Positions 11,691 through 23,789 of a DNA stretch of 64,000 nt are shown in pieces. Source of the DNA: Eledone cirrhosa (Eukaryota); contig OZ024743.1 of the NCBI GenBank assembly GCA_964016885.1, forward strand, positions 367,908,001 to 367,972,000, written 5' to 3'. A program made the translations under genes and the position numbers. The notes below the pieces were generated by a model. It had not been told where the DNA came from. It made no database searches and saw nothing but the letters and a program-made list of their open reading frames with translations. Each line of letters opens with the position of its first letter. Positions within the stretch are counted from its first letter, which is position 1.

Positions 11691-14406
11691 GGTTTGCAAC
11701 TTCTTTGCGATCTCCGCAGTGTTGGGGCGGCACTTTGGGTTTCCTCTTCCTCGGAGTCCATTGACACAGTGATTCTACGGACATCCAGGACATGACGTGG
11801 TACTCCGTCCACGGACACATTGTTCTGGGAATTTACGGCCGTCACCGTTCCCCTTCCCCATTGAGATGTGCAACGTGCATCTGGAGGCTTAACCCAGACT
11901 TCTTCGCCCACCTGCACAAATGCACTCTCTCTCCATACTGGCAGTTGTGGGGGCGTGCACGGGTGCCGCCACTCGTATCTGAATACTGCTCTGTGTGGCA
12001 CCGATTCCTCGACCTGTCCCACCTGAGGGGACATGTTGTACCAGAACACTGCCTCCATTGGTGAGATATGGCCCCGCTCGGCCATTGCCTTGATCGTCCG
12101 GTGGTGTCGCTCCACAATTCCATTCCCTCTCGGCCTGTGCGCTGCTCTGAAGAAACGGTTCACCTTCCATCCATCGAGCATCTCCCTCAGTACCTCCGAG
12201 CGGAACGCTGTGCTGTTGTCCATCAGCAGTTCGTCCACAGGGCCCCGCTCCAAGAACACGTCTCTCAACGTCTGCATGATTTCCTCAGCCGTTCCAGTCT
12301 TCATCTCCCTCCATATCGCCATCCGTCCTGGTCCACAGTCGACCATCGAGGGGTACGTTCCCTGTCGGTAGTGCATTACATCCACCGCCAATCGCTTCCA
12401 GTCGCGATCCACCGGGAGGCCTCCCGTATCGTGCACACCCGGGGCGGGATCAATGGACTGACATCGGACGCAGCCTCTAACCACCCTTTGAACACTGTCT
12501 CTGTTAACGTGGGAGTCGATTCTCCTGGCTAGGAACAGGCTCCTATACACTCCCATGTGGTGCATGTCATGCAACCCTTTCAGATCCGACTCGGTCAGCC
12601 GACACACGGCACCTATCTCATCTTCTACCTCCTCCGGTGCTTCCATCCAGGCTTGCTTAACCCTAATTAAGACGTCCGCCCTATTTTTCTCTGAGGGCAC
12701 GAAAACTACACTCAGCCTCAGGTCGAACTCGGTGGCCAGCTCTCCTAAAGTTCCCAGGCAGCGCTTTATCAGCATCTCCGCCGCCCCTCTCATTTGCACT
12801 CTCTTCTCACTGGTGAGCACTGATCTCACTCATCCGAGTACAGTAGCCAAGTCGGTGCGTATCTCGATGGTGCGCAGTCCCCACCTCAGTGCGAGGTTCA
12901 CCCCTCTCAACACTGCGTCCAGTTCGGCCACATTGATGTGGTTGCAGTCGTCCTTCTTCCTAAGTCAGGCTGCATCCTCCACCTCAACACCTCCTATCTC
13001 TAACGTGACACCCAGCGCTATGTTGCTGGCATCGCACCATACGGTCCCGCTCTGCGATTTGGGAACATACCAGCGTCCCCGCACTGGGTCGTTGGCCTTC
13101 ACCCTCCCCATGATCTCCTGCATCATGGCCACTGTCCTCTTTCCCACTCTGTCACTCCTCCCGCTTGTCTCTTGACATAGCTGCATGCCGTCCGGAGCCA
13201 CCCAGCAATCGGGTAGTGACCCACCAACTTTCCACACACCGAGAAAAGCTCCCGCCTACTCATACTTGGGCCCAGTTCTGGAACTTCATTTCCTCTCTGG
13301 AATACCAAGACGCCTATCCTGTCTCGCCGTAGCCTAAGTCCCAGTGCGGTTCCTCCCTCCAATGCTTCTGACGGCTTCGCAGCCAGTCCATACCCCTGTA
13401 AATGGCTCGTGACCTCCGCCGTCAACACCACAGACTCGTCCACTAGGATGTCGTCAATGTAGGAGTTAATGGCCCTCTTCATCTTGTCGGCCTTTCCCAG
13501 AATGGTCTAGAGGACCGCCGCCATGATCTTCGGTGCAGAGCTCAGCCCGACCGAGCCTGGTCAGGCAATATGTCCGGCCCTTATACCTGACCAGCTGATA
13601 CTGCCAGAGCTTCTCATCTATATGCAATTGCAAGTATGCCGACTTTAGATCTACGATTGCTGAACCCCCCGTCATGCGTCTCCACTCACGCAGGGTTTCC
13701 CCACAGACATGCGGGACCTCGCCACCCGTGTGGCATGACATGTGCTCGTTCAGCTCCCGAAAGTCCAGCACCGGCCTCACATTGTTCTTCGTGGGTTGCG
13801 CCACCGCCATTAACGGCAATACTCCGCACTTCACCTCCTCTTTCCAGGGAAGCAGTATGCCCTCTTCAATCCATCTCTCTACCTCTCGCTCCTAAGGTTT
13901 CCCTTCAATGTGTGTTGATAGCAGCCCACTTTGGTCTTCAGTGTTGGTGGTTCTCCCTTCCAGTACCACTCAACAACCCATCGCTGCCCATCGAACACGG
14001 CCTTGAAGTCTTTGTCCTGCACAGTGTAAGCGGGGTATTTCTCCTCGTGGGCCTTCTGGTTCTCCTGTCGCGTACTCACAGCGCATACCGATGCAGCAGC
14101 GCCAAACGACACACCAACGTTGTTCACTGTGACGCCTCCTAGACGGCCAATTGCGTCCATGCCCATAACCACGCCGATCCCATCCACCACGCTGACTACT
14201 ACGATGGCAGAAAGCCTTATTTTCCTTCCCCGTACCGCTATTTCCATCGCGCTGCGACCTCGGCATTCAATTTTCCTGCCGTCGACTGCCCTTACGCTGC
14301 TCTTCCCTCTCCACCTCTGTGCCACCCCCGCGGTCACCAGTGTCGTCGTACAGCCCGTGTCCACGAGGGCTTGCTGTGGCTTTCCCCTCATGAAGACTTT
14401 TACCAC
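11690..14406 (-). pseudogene. Gypsy pol (PR-RT-RH-IN) broken by frameshifts and stops
   Basis: ORFs 13879-14406, 13466-13834, 13123-13482, 12965-13237 and 11651-12829 carry consecutive pol motifs. Confidence 0.9.
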
Positions 14407-14417
14407 GGGCAGCGCCT

Positions 14418-15179
14418 CTAATCGTAAGGGGCAACTACCGGCGCAATAATTCCCCTTGGATCGTTTCCCTGGTCGCAGTTAGTAGCGATGTGGCCTGGTC
14501 GCTTACACCGGTAGCATATTATTTCCGGCCTTGACTCTCTACAGTCTCTAGCCATGTGCGGGCCCTGGCACCTAAAACAGCGACCTCTAAACGTTCGCGG
14601 GCGACCGCGTGCTGTGGTGGCCTCCCTTTCACCATTTCGCTGCCAGCTGTCTTGAGCCTCTGTAGTTGCTATTGCCGCGACACTCTTCTTGGCATCTTCT
14701 GCTATGATCCGGGCTTGTTCCACCAGTGAACACATTTCCATTCCTTTGTAACCCGGGACTTGCTGCAGTTTCACCGCTATGTCGTCTGGAAATCCATTTA
14801 TGAACGCCAACCGCACCGTACGTTCGCATTCCACCTGATATCCAGCCAACATGGCCAATCGCCGTATTTCCGCTGCGAAAATGTCAACGCGTTCACTGTT
14901 CCATCTAATTCCTGCCAGCTTAGCGAAAGCGGCTAACGGTCCCTCTGCGAATGCTTCCATCACGCGCCTCTCAATCTTTTGCGCATCTCTTTGGCTGTGT
15001 TTATCCAACTCAAGGAAGAGTACCAACGCGTCCCCCTCGAGGTACAGTGCCATGAGGACAGCCACATCTTCTATCTTCTGTAAGCTTGCGACCAGCCGGA
15101 CTTTTCGCAGTCAAGCGACAACATCACCTTCACCGGTAAATGCCCTGATCGCTTCGCTTGTTCGTAGTCTCTTCGCCAT
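14418..15179 (-). pseudogene. Gypsy gag with two CCHC zinc knuckles; one premature stop near the N-terminus
   Basis: ATG at 15179 (MAKRLRTSEAIRAFTGEGDVVA*LRK) is in frame with ORF 14418-15065; CFRCQGPHMARDC and CYRCKRPGHIATNC. Confidence 0.85.
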
Positions 15180-15566
15180 ATTCTAAGTTGTCTTGCCGTA
15201 CGTGATAAAAAAAACAACCGACTCCTCTCTGTTTTTCCAGAGCTTTTTTTTTTTTTTTTTTTTTTACAATCAGTGCCGAAATAGTTTGTGGTTAGAAAAA
15301 GCTATCTCACTTACCGCTTTTCATAGGCGCCGCTAAATCCCTCTTCCACGTGCGTCCAACTCATTAACACCAGGAGCTGACAAAACTTGCGTCCACACCG
15401 TTGCTGGTCACCACTAGAGAGAGGCCGATCTGCTGGCCCTTCCGGTCGAGCACTCCCCCGCTTCCGGCCACTGCATGCCACACCATACCCACAGTTAGAA
15501 TGGTTGTCCTATAGTTATAACACACTTGTGATTTTATCGATGTTGTTGGAAATACAATTATATCAA

Positions 15567-17042
15567 CTAGCAGAAAAACCACCCTTCGGGTGGTTTTCTG
15601 CTAGCATGTGTTGTGTGTATATTGATATTATACGCAAGTATATATGCATGTAGATATGATATATCAAATAAAATCGTAATTGTCAATATAAACAGAAATG
15701 GAACGAAGACGTTGTTACACAGTCTTATGTAATCAGTAAGGTAATTCATGATACATTAAAAAAAGACGATATCTGTATATATATAAAATTAAGTGTGTGT
15801 GTGTCTGTGTATTACCTACCAATTTTCATGAAACTTTACAGGCTCATAGATTAGTCATCGGGGAATCGTTTTTTTTTTTATTCCGGGGTCATTCTGCAGA
15901 TAAAAATCGATAAGGAGGTCACCTTTTTTTAGATATCGAAAAATAAGATTTTTGGCTCTAGCTCCCACATTTTGCCACCATTTTCGTTCAAATTTTAAAG
16001 CAAAATAGAATTTATCATTGCACATCATGTACTAGCTTTATATTTTGCATTTGTTGTTCAGGGACGGCGTGGCGGCCGCTTAAATATTCAAAAATACCAC
16101 CTTTTCGGCTCTAGCTCCCACATTTTTCAACCGATTTCGTTCAAATTCGAAACTTCGGCTCCACCTCAAACATAAATCAATTTATTTGGTTCAACTTTTA
16201 TACTACGACAGAACCTATCATTGGACATCTTATAGTAGCTTTACACTTTGCATTTTTTGTACAGGGACGGCGACCTATCATTAGATTCCACATTTTTCAA
16301 CCGATTTCGTTCAAATTCGAAACTTCGGCTCCACCTCACACATAAATCAATTTATTTGGTTTAACTTTTATACTACGATAGAACCTATCATTGCACATCT
16401 TATAGATGGTCAAAGGCAAAACAATGGCCACTGACGTCGTCTGAGCTTTTAGTTGTGTATTTGAGAATTCATCGGTCTCCAATCAAGTAGCGTGAGGCAA
16501 TTTGGCTTACTGTCCGAGTTCATTACCTCCCTCCCCCAACATGCCCCTTCGTCAGTCACCCGCGTTTCTCAGTGATAGAGGTCATCACCACCCTCCCTCG
16601 CATGGCCTGTGTGTGGCCATAGATGAGTCATCGAGAAGCAGTCGCTAAGATCAAAGCAGATATTATTTTACCTACCCAGGCAATGCTGGGTACTGCTGCT
16701 AGTTATATATAAACTGCATTAGGAGAAAATTAGTGACAGAAAATTAGTATGTTTATTTAAGTGATCGCCACCGGAAGTGTTGACATCACACACTCTCTCT
16801 CTTTCTATATATATGGTAGTTGAAGTGATGGTGGTGGCAACGATATACCGGAAGTGCAACTTTGAAAAGAAGTCAATTTTAAATTTTTTATTTTTACGAA
16901 ATTATTTTTGTTTACGAAATTGAGTAGATAAATTATGTAATATTCATTCATTATTTATTCAAAGTAATCCAACTTATTTTACTAACGTGATATAAAAAAA
17001 AACGTACGCAGTCCTGCAGACCTTTCTTTATTATAGTTTAGA
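15567..17042 (-). mobile_element. Non-autonomous Helitron (outer)
   Basis: Minus strand begins A|TCTAAACTATAATAAAG (17042) and ends with hairpin CCACCCGAAGGGTGG then TTTTTCTGCTAG|T (15567). Confidence 0.6.
15772..16702 (+). mobile_element. Non-autonomous Helitron (inner) with internal tandem repeats
   Basis: Starts A|TCTGTATATATATAAAA, has 3' hairpin ACCCAGGCAATGCTGGGT, ends CTAG|T; repeated units at about 15950-16405. Confidence 0.75.
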
Positions 17043-17299
17043 TTATCAGAGTGTTGGTGTACTTGATATCACTACTCAGCACCTAAAAAGTTGCCATAAG
17101 ATAACCTCTTGCAAAATGATAACTGACTAAAAAAGTAGACTTATACAACAAAAAAGGTGGTAATAACTACAAAAACCACAACAACAATAACAAAAACACA
17201 GAAACCGTTAGCAAATTTGTCATGGTATAATAGATGTTTCATTAGTTATTTAAATCATCATTTACAACTACTGAAAAACATTATAAATTGATAATTAAT

Positions 17300-17450
17300 T
17301 ATAATTGTTTCTACATTTGGCACAAAGGCAGCAATTACCCAGTGTATTACTGGTACTTTACTTTATCGACCCCGAAAGAATGAAAGGCAAAGTTAACCTC
17401 GGCGGGATTTGAACTCAGAATGGCAAGGACCGTAACTCTATGTGTCAAAG
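17300..17450 (-). mobile_element. tRNA-derived SINE (family of 46822-47015)
   Basis: Reverse complement of GAGTTCAAATCCCGCCGAGGTTAACTTTGCCTTTCAT..GGGGTCGATAAA..GTACCAGT. Confidence 0.75.
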
Positions 17451-17779
17451 CAATATTATCACAAGGTGACTGGTTGGGAGTATCAGTAGCTCATAAAAAA
17501 GGTCTTATGGTATTTATATTTCCATCTCTTGTATTTTGAGTTCAATTCCCATTGAGGGGAATGTTGTCAGTCATTCTTCCATGCTTGATGAAATAACACG
17601 GTCTGTTTAATTAGATGTACTCTTTCCTTAAAATTGGTCAATATTATCATGAATCATTGAGGGGATCTTTTACCTAGTCAACTGATCACCAGAAATAGCA
17701 AACATACCTTCTTCAAATCACAATGTCATCATGAAATCAAAACAGGTACATTAGACAACAAAGTCCCAGATACTGTTCA

Positions 17780-17930
17780 TAGAGTTATGGCCCTTTACAT
17801 TCTGATTTCAAATCCTACCAAGGTTAGTTTTGCCTTTCATCCTCACAGGGTGAATAAAATAGAGTCGATTTAATCAACTTTCCCCTCTCCAAAAATTGTT
17901 GGCCTTATACCTAAATCAGAAACCATTATA
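17780..17930 (+). mobile_element. tRNA-derived SINE, degenerate
   Basis: TTCAAATCC..GAGGTTAG.TTTGCCTTTCATCC core. Confidence 0.6.
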
Positions 17931-18544
17931 TGTTATGTGCTAGGATTGACTTAACAAAACTACTCCCCAGAAAATGTATCATTCTGTATCTGTGTAATAA
18001 TAATCATAATTTTACAAACTGATTTTTTTTATAGTATGGGGTGCATGAGTCTGTAGCATGCATGAAAAATAGTCACTCCACTTGATCATGCATCATACCA
18101 TCTGTGAGGACAAACAATCTCAGATCTGATCTTATCATTTTGTTCATACTTCCTTAGTCTTTCTCTGCTACAGATAATTTTGATCAACATCATACAGCAA
18201 TTTTTCAACAAATAAGTATCATCCACCTGCAATATATTTCCATACCATTGCAGTTGTTGATATCACACACTTCAACTAAAGCACATAACATTCAGCTGCT
18301 TTTTCAGTTTCCTTGTTTTTTGCTTTTCATGCAATTTATTCTTGCACATTCAACAGATTAAGTGTGTATATATATATATATGTGTGTGTGTGTGTCTGTG
18401 TGTGTGTATGTGTGTGTGAATATATATGTATATATATATATATATATTCACATACACATATATTCTAGTTAACTTCTATCTCCACAGAAAATTTACATTC
18501 ACTGCTCATATTTCACTATCATTTTGTATCCCACTAGCAGCAAA

Positions 18545-19100
18545 AGAAGGATGCCTCTAACTGGTTGCTTAACCTGCTAGAAATAGTCAAATATTTCTCA
18601 AATCACACAATTAAATAAGGAAGGACACATTAAATACCATAATCTTAGATAAACTAGGTCTGAAAATATCATAGTCAAAATACTTTTGATGATATGTCAG
18701 TTCAATCAGGGAAAACCTTGGGCTAAACAATGACCACAACAATACTCTTTACATAAAATCTTTGTTAGCAGTTCACTGAATTTTACTGATTCATTCTTTA
18801 CTCTAATAACTATCTTTTCACTACATCCACCACCTAGCAATAATCAGATTATCTAGGTAATAGAAATTATTAACTACATCCAGGTGAACCATTGAAGGAG
18901 ACCCTAGGCATTTAATCAACTTGCTTTAAAAGTAGCCAAATCTCCCACAAGTCACACGATCATCATCTTAAAAAGGTAAAGCGCATATTATGTAATCTAG
19001 TCCTAAGTAACCCTAAAATGATACCATGGTTACAGTTGGAATACCTTTGATCATCGATATGATTGATTATGGTTTACCTGAAGCAACAATAGCTGAACAA
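18545..19100 (+). repeat. Dispersed unclassified repeat, two degenerate copies (about 18545-18740 and 18905-19100; related piece at about 17665-17775)
   Basis: Shared AGAAATAG..AAA..T.CTCAAATCACA...CACATT...TTTGAT motifs. Confidence 0.4.
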
Positions 19101-19529
19101 TAATATTCTATAAAAAGGTCTTCATTTCATGGATACTCCAACTGATAATTATTCCTGTAAGCATCTGAAATTTTGAATAACATCTCTTGTTTAAGGCCTC
19201 TGTAAATGTGACAATTGTCTGTGAGTCTGTGTCTATGTGTGTGTGAGAGAGAGATAAAATATAATTGCTCACCATTCACATACATACATACATAAACACA
19301 CATACATAAACATCCATCCTTACATCCATAATATACATACATACATAACATAACATACATACAGACATACAGACAGACATATTCAGTGCCTCCATATATC
19401 CTGTGAGATTATTGACTGTTGTTGCATAGGTTTAGTTGCTACCTAAGTTACATCTCATAGGTTTTGGGGAATTTTTAATGATCTGCATCTGGAAAGTTCT
19501 TTTCCAAGATGCTGACTTATACAATGTGC

Positions 19530-19641
19530 TTCATGGAAGACCCATTGTTGTCTAATATCAGTGGCATGGTGAGGTGGAGTTTCATGCAAAAACAACAATG
19601 GGTCTTCCATGAAACTCCACCTCACCATGCCACTGATATTA
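19530..19641. repeat. Interleaved inverted repeats (A-B-A'-B')
   Basis: A 19530-19551 pairs with 19592-19613 (22 bp); B 19553-19586 pairs with 19608-19641 (34 bp). Confidence 0.9.
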
Positions 19642-21149
19642 TGACACGCAGAGCCATCAGAACACAAACATTTTGAACAGATACGACAAGGCATCTAGTT
19701 TGACTCTAATAATTCTGCTAATCCATTACCTTACCTCGGAGTACTACTTATTTATCAACACTGAAAGATGAAAGAGAAGGTAGACCATAGTAGGATTTGA
19801 ATTCAGAGCACGAAAATCTGGAATAAATATATACAAACATACTAAAGAAACAAACATAAAAAGAATTATTTTACAAAAATGTTTTATGATTTTTTGTTCC
19901 TCTATCTTAGTAAATCTAATCCTTGAATTAGTACTTGCTTTTCGAAGTTTCAAATGTGTAATATTTTAAAAATAATAAATTTGAAAGCTTTTAAATCCAA
20001 TTTGCATGATTTATACAATTACTGGGAAAAAATGTTGAAAGGGATTTATTTTCACAGAAATTTTCACAAAAGGATTCTGTTCAAATAAAATCATGAATAA
20101 ATTTCAAATAAAATATTTCTCTCCTCATCAAAACATTACTGGAGGGAAATATTTCTCCCTTTCATTATGAGAGACTATTATTTTAAACTATTTTATTTTC
20201 AATTTTATGAATTTTATATTGCAATTATTAAAGAGAAAATTTTTTCAAAAATTGAATGTCATCGAAATAATTTTATAAACCCTTGAACAGAATTATATAC
20301 TTTGAAATATTATGTACCATTCTCTGAAAAATTACTCTTTTATTTTAAAATAATTCAATTTCATTTTTTTAAAAATTGTACTTACAATGTTTAGTTTCAT
20401 TAACTAATATGTATATATATATATTTTTTAATGCAGTTCTCAAACAACATATGGAAATAAAAGTATGGTTATGAATGGGTTTTTCTTTACTGTGTTGTAA
20501 TTTATTAAATATAAGATAAATGTCAGCATGAACTCCAAACGGCTTTCTTTGTGGCATGCAATCAGCAATGATAAAAACTACAAACAAAACCCAGGAACAA
20601 GAGATAACAATGCAGACAACTATGAAAAATAGTCACAAAAGAAAGATTGTGCAACAATCATTTATTAACAAAACATAAATGTAATTAGAGGAAGGCAAAA
20701 AGTATTGATTGACATAATGATTCTAATAGAAAATTTCTAACCAATTGAAAATAAAACCTGAAATGAAAAACATAGAATTACACCCAGAAAATCAGATTCT
20801 TCTAATTTATGAAGAATTATTATAGCTCTGAGTAAGGTTCTCAGACTTGTTCTTGTGTTGATAATAATGGTAAAAGGTTTAGGATTTAAAATACACCAGA
20901 AGACAATAATCTGAAAAGAGGAAATCATATAAATAAGAATCTATATCATTGACAACCTTATGAAGTCAATGTAGGAAAAAATAAGTGTTGAAACAAAAAT
21001 CCAAACTAATGGTTTGTGTGTGTATATTGTATACATATATCATTATCATCATTATCATCATCATCCCCATCAGCATCATCATTATCATCATCATCCTTAT
21101 TTAACAGTAAAATGGAAATTAAACAGCTACCATCATCACAAAATCAGAT

Positions 21150-21870
21150 TCCTTCACTTCTGACCTTGGTCTTTCTTTTTCAGTCTGATCACTTATTACT
21201 TCTTCTTTCGTATGTCTTATGTGACCATACCAGAAAATTTCCTCTCTTGCACACTACATCTGATTCTTCTTATACACAGGTTTTCTCTCAGCTCATTTGT
21301 ATTTAGTCGTTCATGCACACTAACATTACACATCCAGAGGGGTATGCTAGCTTTTCAGCCTTTGCACATCCTTCTTATTCAATACCTTTGTTTTACTACC
21401 ATGTGGCATCATATTGAACACATAACCATCATGCAGTCTGTCTTTCATTTATAAAGATAATTTCTTTGTTATTAATTAGGTCATCTAAGTAACAGAAGCT
21501 ACGAACTATATCTTTGGAGCATTCTGAGCATTTGAAAGAATCTATTTTACTGCTAATTACTCTTGTGGATCTGCTTCACATGAAGCATTTCTTCTTTGTT
21601 AGCCTATCTTTGATCTCAGTACATTATATGTACATGTATTGCTTACATTGGGTTCAGTGTATGAAATTACTACTTATCTCTTTTCTGCATATTGAGCATG
21701 GATACTTTCTAGATGGCAGAAAAGTCCTCTTTTCTTTCCTGATAATTAAAATTTTTGTCTTTGCTAGGTTTACTTTGAGGCCTCTTGATTTTATATTTGA
21801 AATTTGTGTGTTATAGGTATCTATCTTCTCCTCCATGAACAAGAACCTCCTTGAACCCATGTCTAGAAGA
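21150..21870 (-). mobile_element. RTE LINE fragment, strongly decayed
   Basis: ORF 21654-21860 (GLKVNLAKTKIL...KYPCSICRK) matches the RTE RT C-terminal region seen at 53420-53520. Confidence 0.7.
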
Positions 21871-22599
21871 GGGATCTTTTAGTATCCATACCCTCTCTCT
21901 ACAGAGTGTCTTATGTTTCTGAGTCTATCTACTTCTTATTCTGAAGTCACTAGTCACTAGCCTTTGTTGGGTGTTGCATTATTCACTAGAGAAAGACATA
22001 GTATTCACAACTATGTCTATCTTGGTTTGCAAGTTCACCTGATTAATGGGTGATCAGGTGGTTGATCAGATTTATTGATGAGTTGCCTTAACAAGAGCTT
22101 GCAAAGTCCATGGCTCCACCATGCAAAATTCTCAGAGTTTTTGTTCTCCTTGGGTTGGGTCATCTTCATTATTGCTCAAAGCTCACAATGTTTCTAAGGG
22201 CATTGACAATGTAAACACTAAGAGGTGGAGAGTGTTTATAGTATGCTGATGGGTTTTGTTTGAAGTGTATGAATTCTTGAAATTCCTAAAAGTAAAAGAG
22301 AGATGGCAGGGATGTCAGAAAACTGGTTGCTATAATAACTGAAGTATATTCAAACTGCCTTTATTGTATATAAAACGCCATGTCTGCCTTTGTAAAAAAA
22401 AAAAGGTAGAAATATAAATGGAAGTAATGAATTGGAGTGTATGAATTCTGAGAAGAGAACAGTGGAGAGAGGAGCTTAGATTACACTGGTGGATTGTGGT
22501 GCCATGATATAGGCAGAAACATAGAATAACTCCTCCTGCCTCAGATAGAGTGTGCAAATACTCTACTTAATCTATCTCCTATCTTCCTTGAGACTAAAA

Positions 22600-22780
22600 T
22601 AATGATTTCTAATTTAAGCACAGGCCAGTATTTAGGTGGGAAAGCAAAATTGATTATATCAACTCCAGAATGTGATTGGTACTTTATTTTATCAAAGGAC
22701 GTAAAATAAAGTTAATCATGACAGGATTTAAACTCAGAACGCATTTTGGCTGATTCGCTAACGATTCTGCCAGAATGCCT
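22600..22780 (-). mobile_element. tRNA-derived SINE, degenerate
   Basis: Minus strand has TGGCAGAATCGTTAG (A box), GAGTTTAAATCC (B box) and GATAAAATAAAGTACC. Confidence 0.55.
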
Positions 22781-23789
22781 CACATCACCAGAACAGTATT
22801 TGATTGATACAAAATACAGTTAACACTGATCATAACATATTCTAAAACCATGGCCGAAAATGTTTTATTTACTTGTTTTATCTTTTATTATTGTATTAAA
22901 GGAGTAGGTTAGATTTATTAGACATTTGATAAGGGCCAAGAATAATGTTTGGGTTATAATTATGAAATCCCTAGATTTATAAATTCTATATAAAAGCTTA
23001 CTCAATACCTTGGCCTCCCAATACTTTTGATTTCTCTAATTTCACACTAGCACTGATTTATCTAAAAAAAAACTATCGTTTATTTACATTTTTTTAAATA
23101 ATTGAAATGACCATTGAATAACATTGAAATCAAGAAATAATTAAAAATTAGGAAGTTTTGTTATATTTTGCACTATTTATAAATGTTCATATTCAATGTT
23201 TTTAAATTTCAAATTTATTATTTTGTCTTTAAACAAATACATTTTTATCGCTACTTTCTGTTTATGCTATTGGTATAAATAAATGCTGTAAATTTCTAAT
23301 CAAAATTTAAAAGATTCTAAAAGAAAAAAGGAAATTTGTCAAAGTTAGCTTTGGGGTAAAATTGATTCTCTTTAAAATTGCAAATAAATGATTTAAATGA
23401 AATACTAGTGAAAACAAATTGCTATGTAATCGATGTATTAATTCAGAATTTGAATACTTTAGAACATTGACACTGTTCAAGGTACAAACCTTTGCTGAAT
23501 CTATACATGGTCAGGCAACAAAAAAATTTCACTTCAGAATTAATCAATGAGTTCATTACCATGTCATTTAAAATATTGAAAAGAATATTTAATATCAACT
23601 TCCAATAAATCCTCCTCATCATCATTCCTCATCCTCATCCTCCTCAATTGTTTTGGGATGTATTTTTAGCATAATAACTTCACACTATAGCAACAAATCT
23701 ATGTGAAATATTATGTCACTTCTTGATGTAAACTTATTAATTATCATAGTGGAAAACATTAGATAAAACAATGCCCATACAGTGAACTT

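Larger units (their letters stand above)
11690..15522 (-). mobile_element. Ty3/Gypsy LTR retrotransposon, decayed; 3' LTR not found
   Basis: Domain order gag (two CCHC knuckles), protease (LVDTG), RT (VDLKSAY, YIDD), RNase H (WCDAS), integrase (HHMG..C..C, LLMDN, GIVER). Confidence 0.93.

Noticed and set aside
11792-15186. Several plus-strand ORFs over the Gypsy element
   Set aside because: Antisense shadows of GC-rich gag-pol sequence with no recognisable motifs.
15567-15604. Hairpin with T run resembling a bacterial intrinsic terminator
   Set aside because: Eukaryotic context; better explained as a Helitron 3' terminus.
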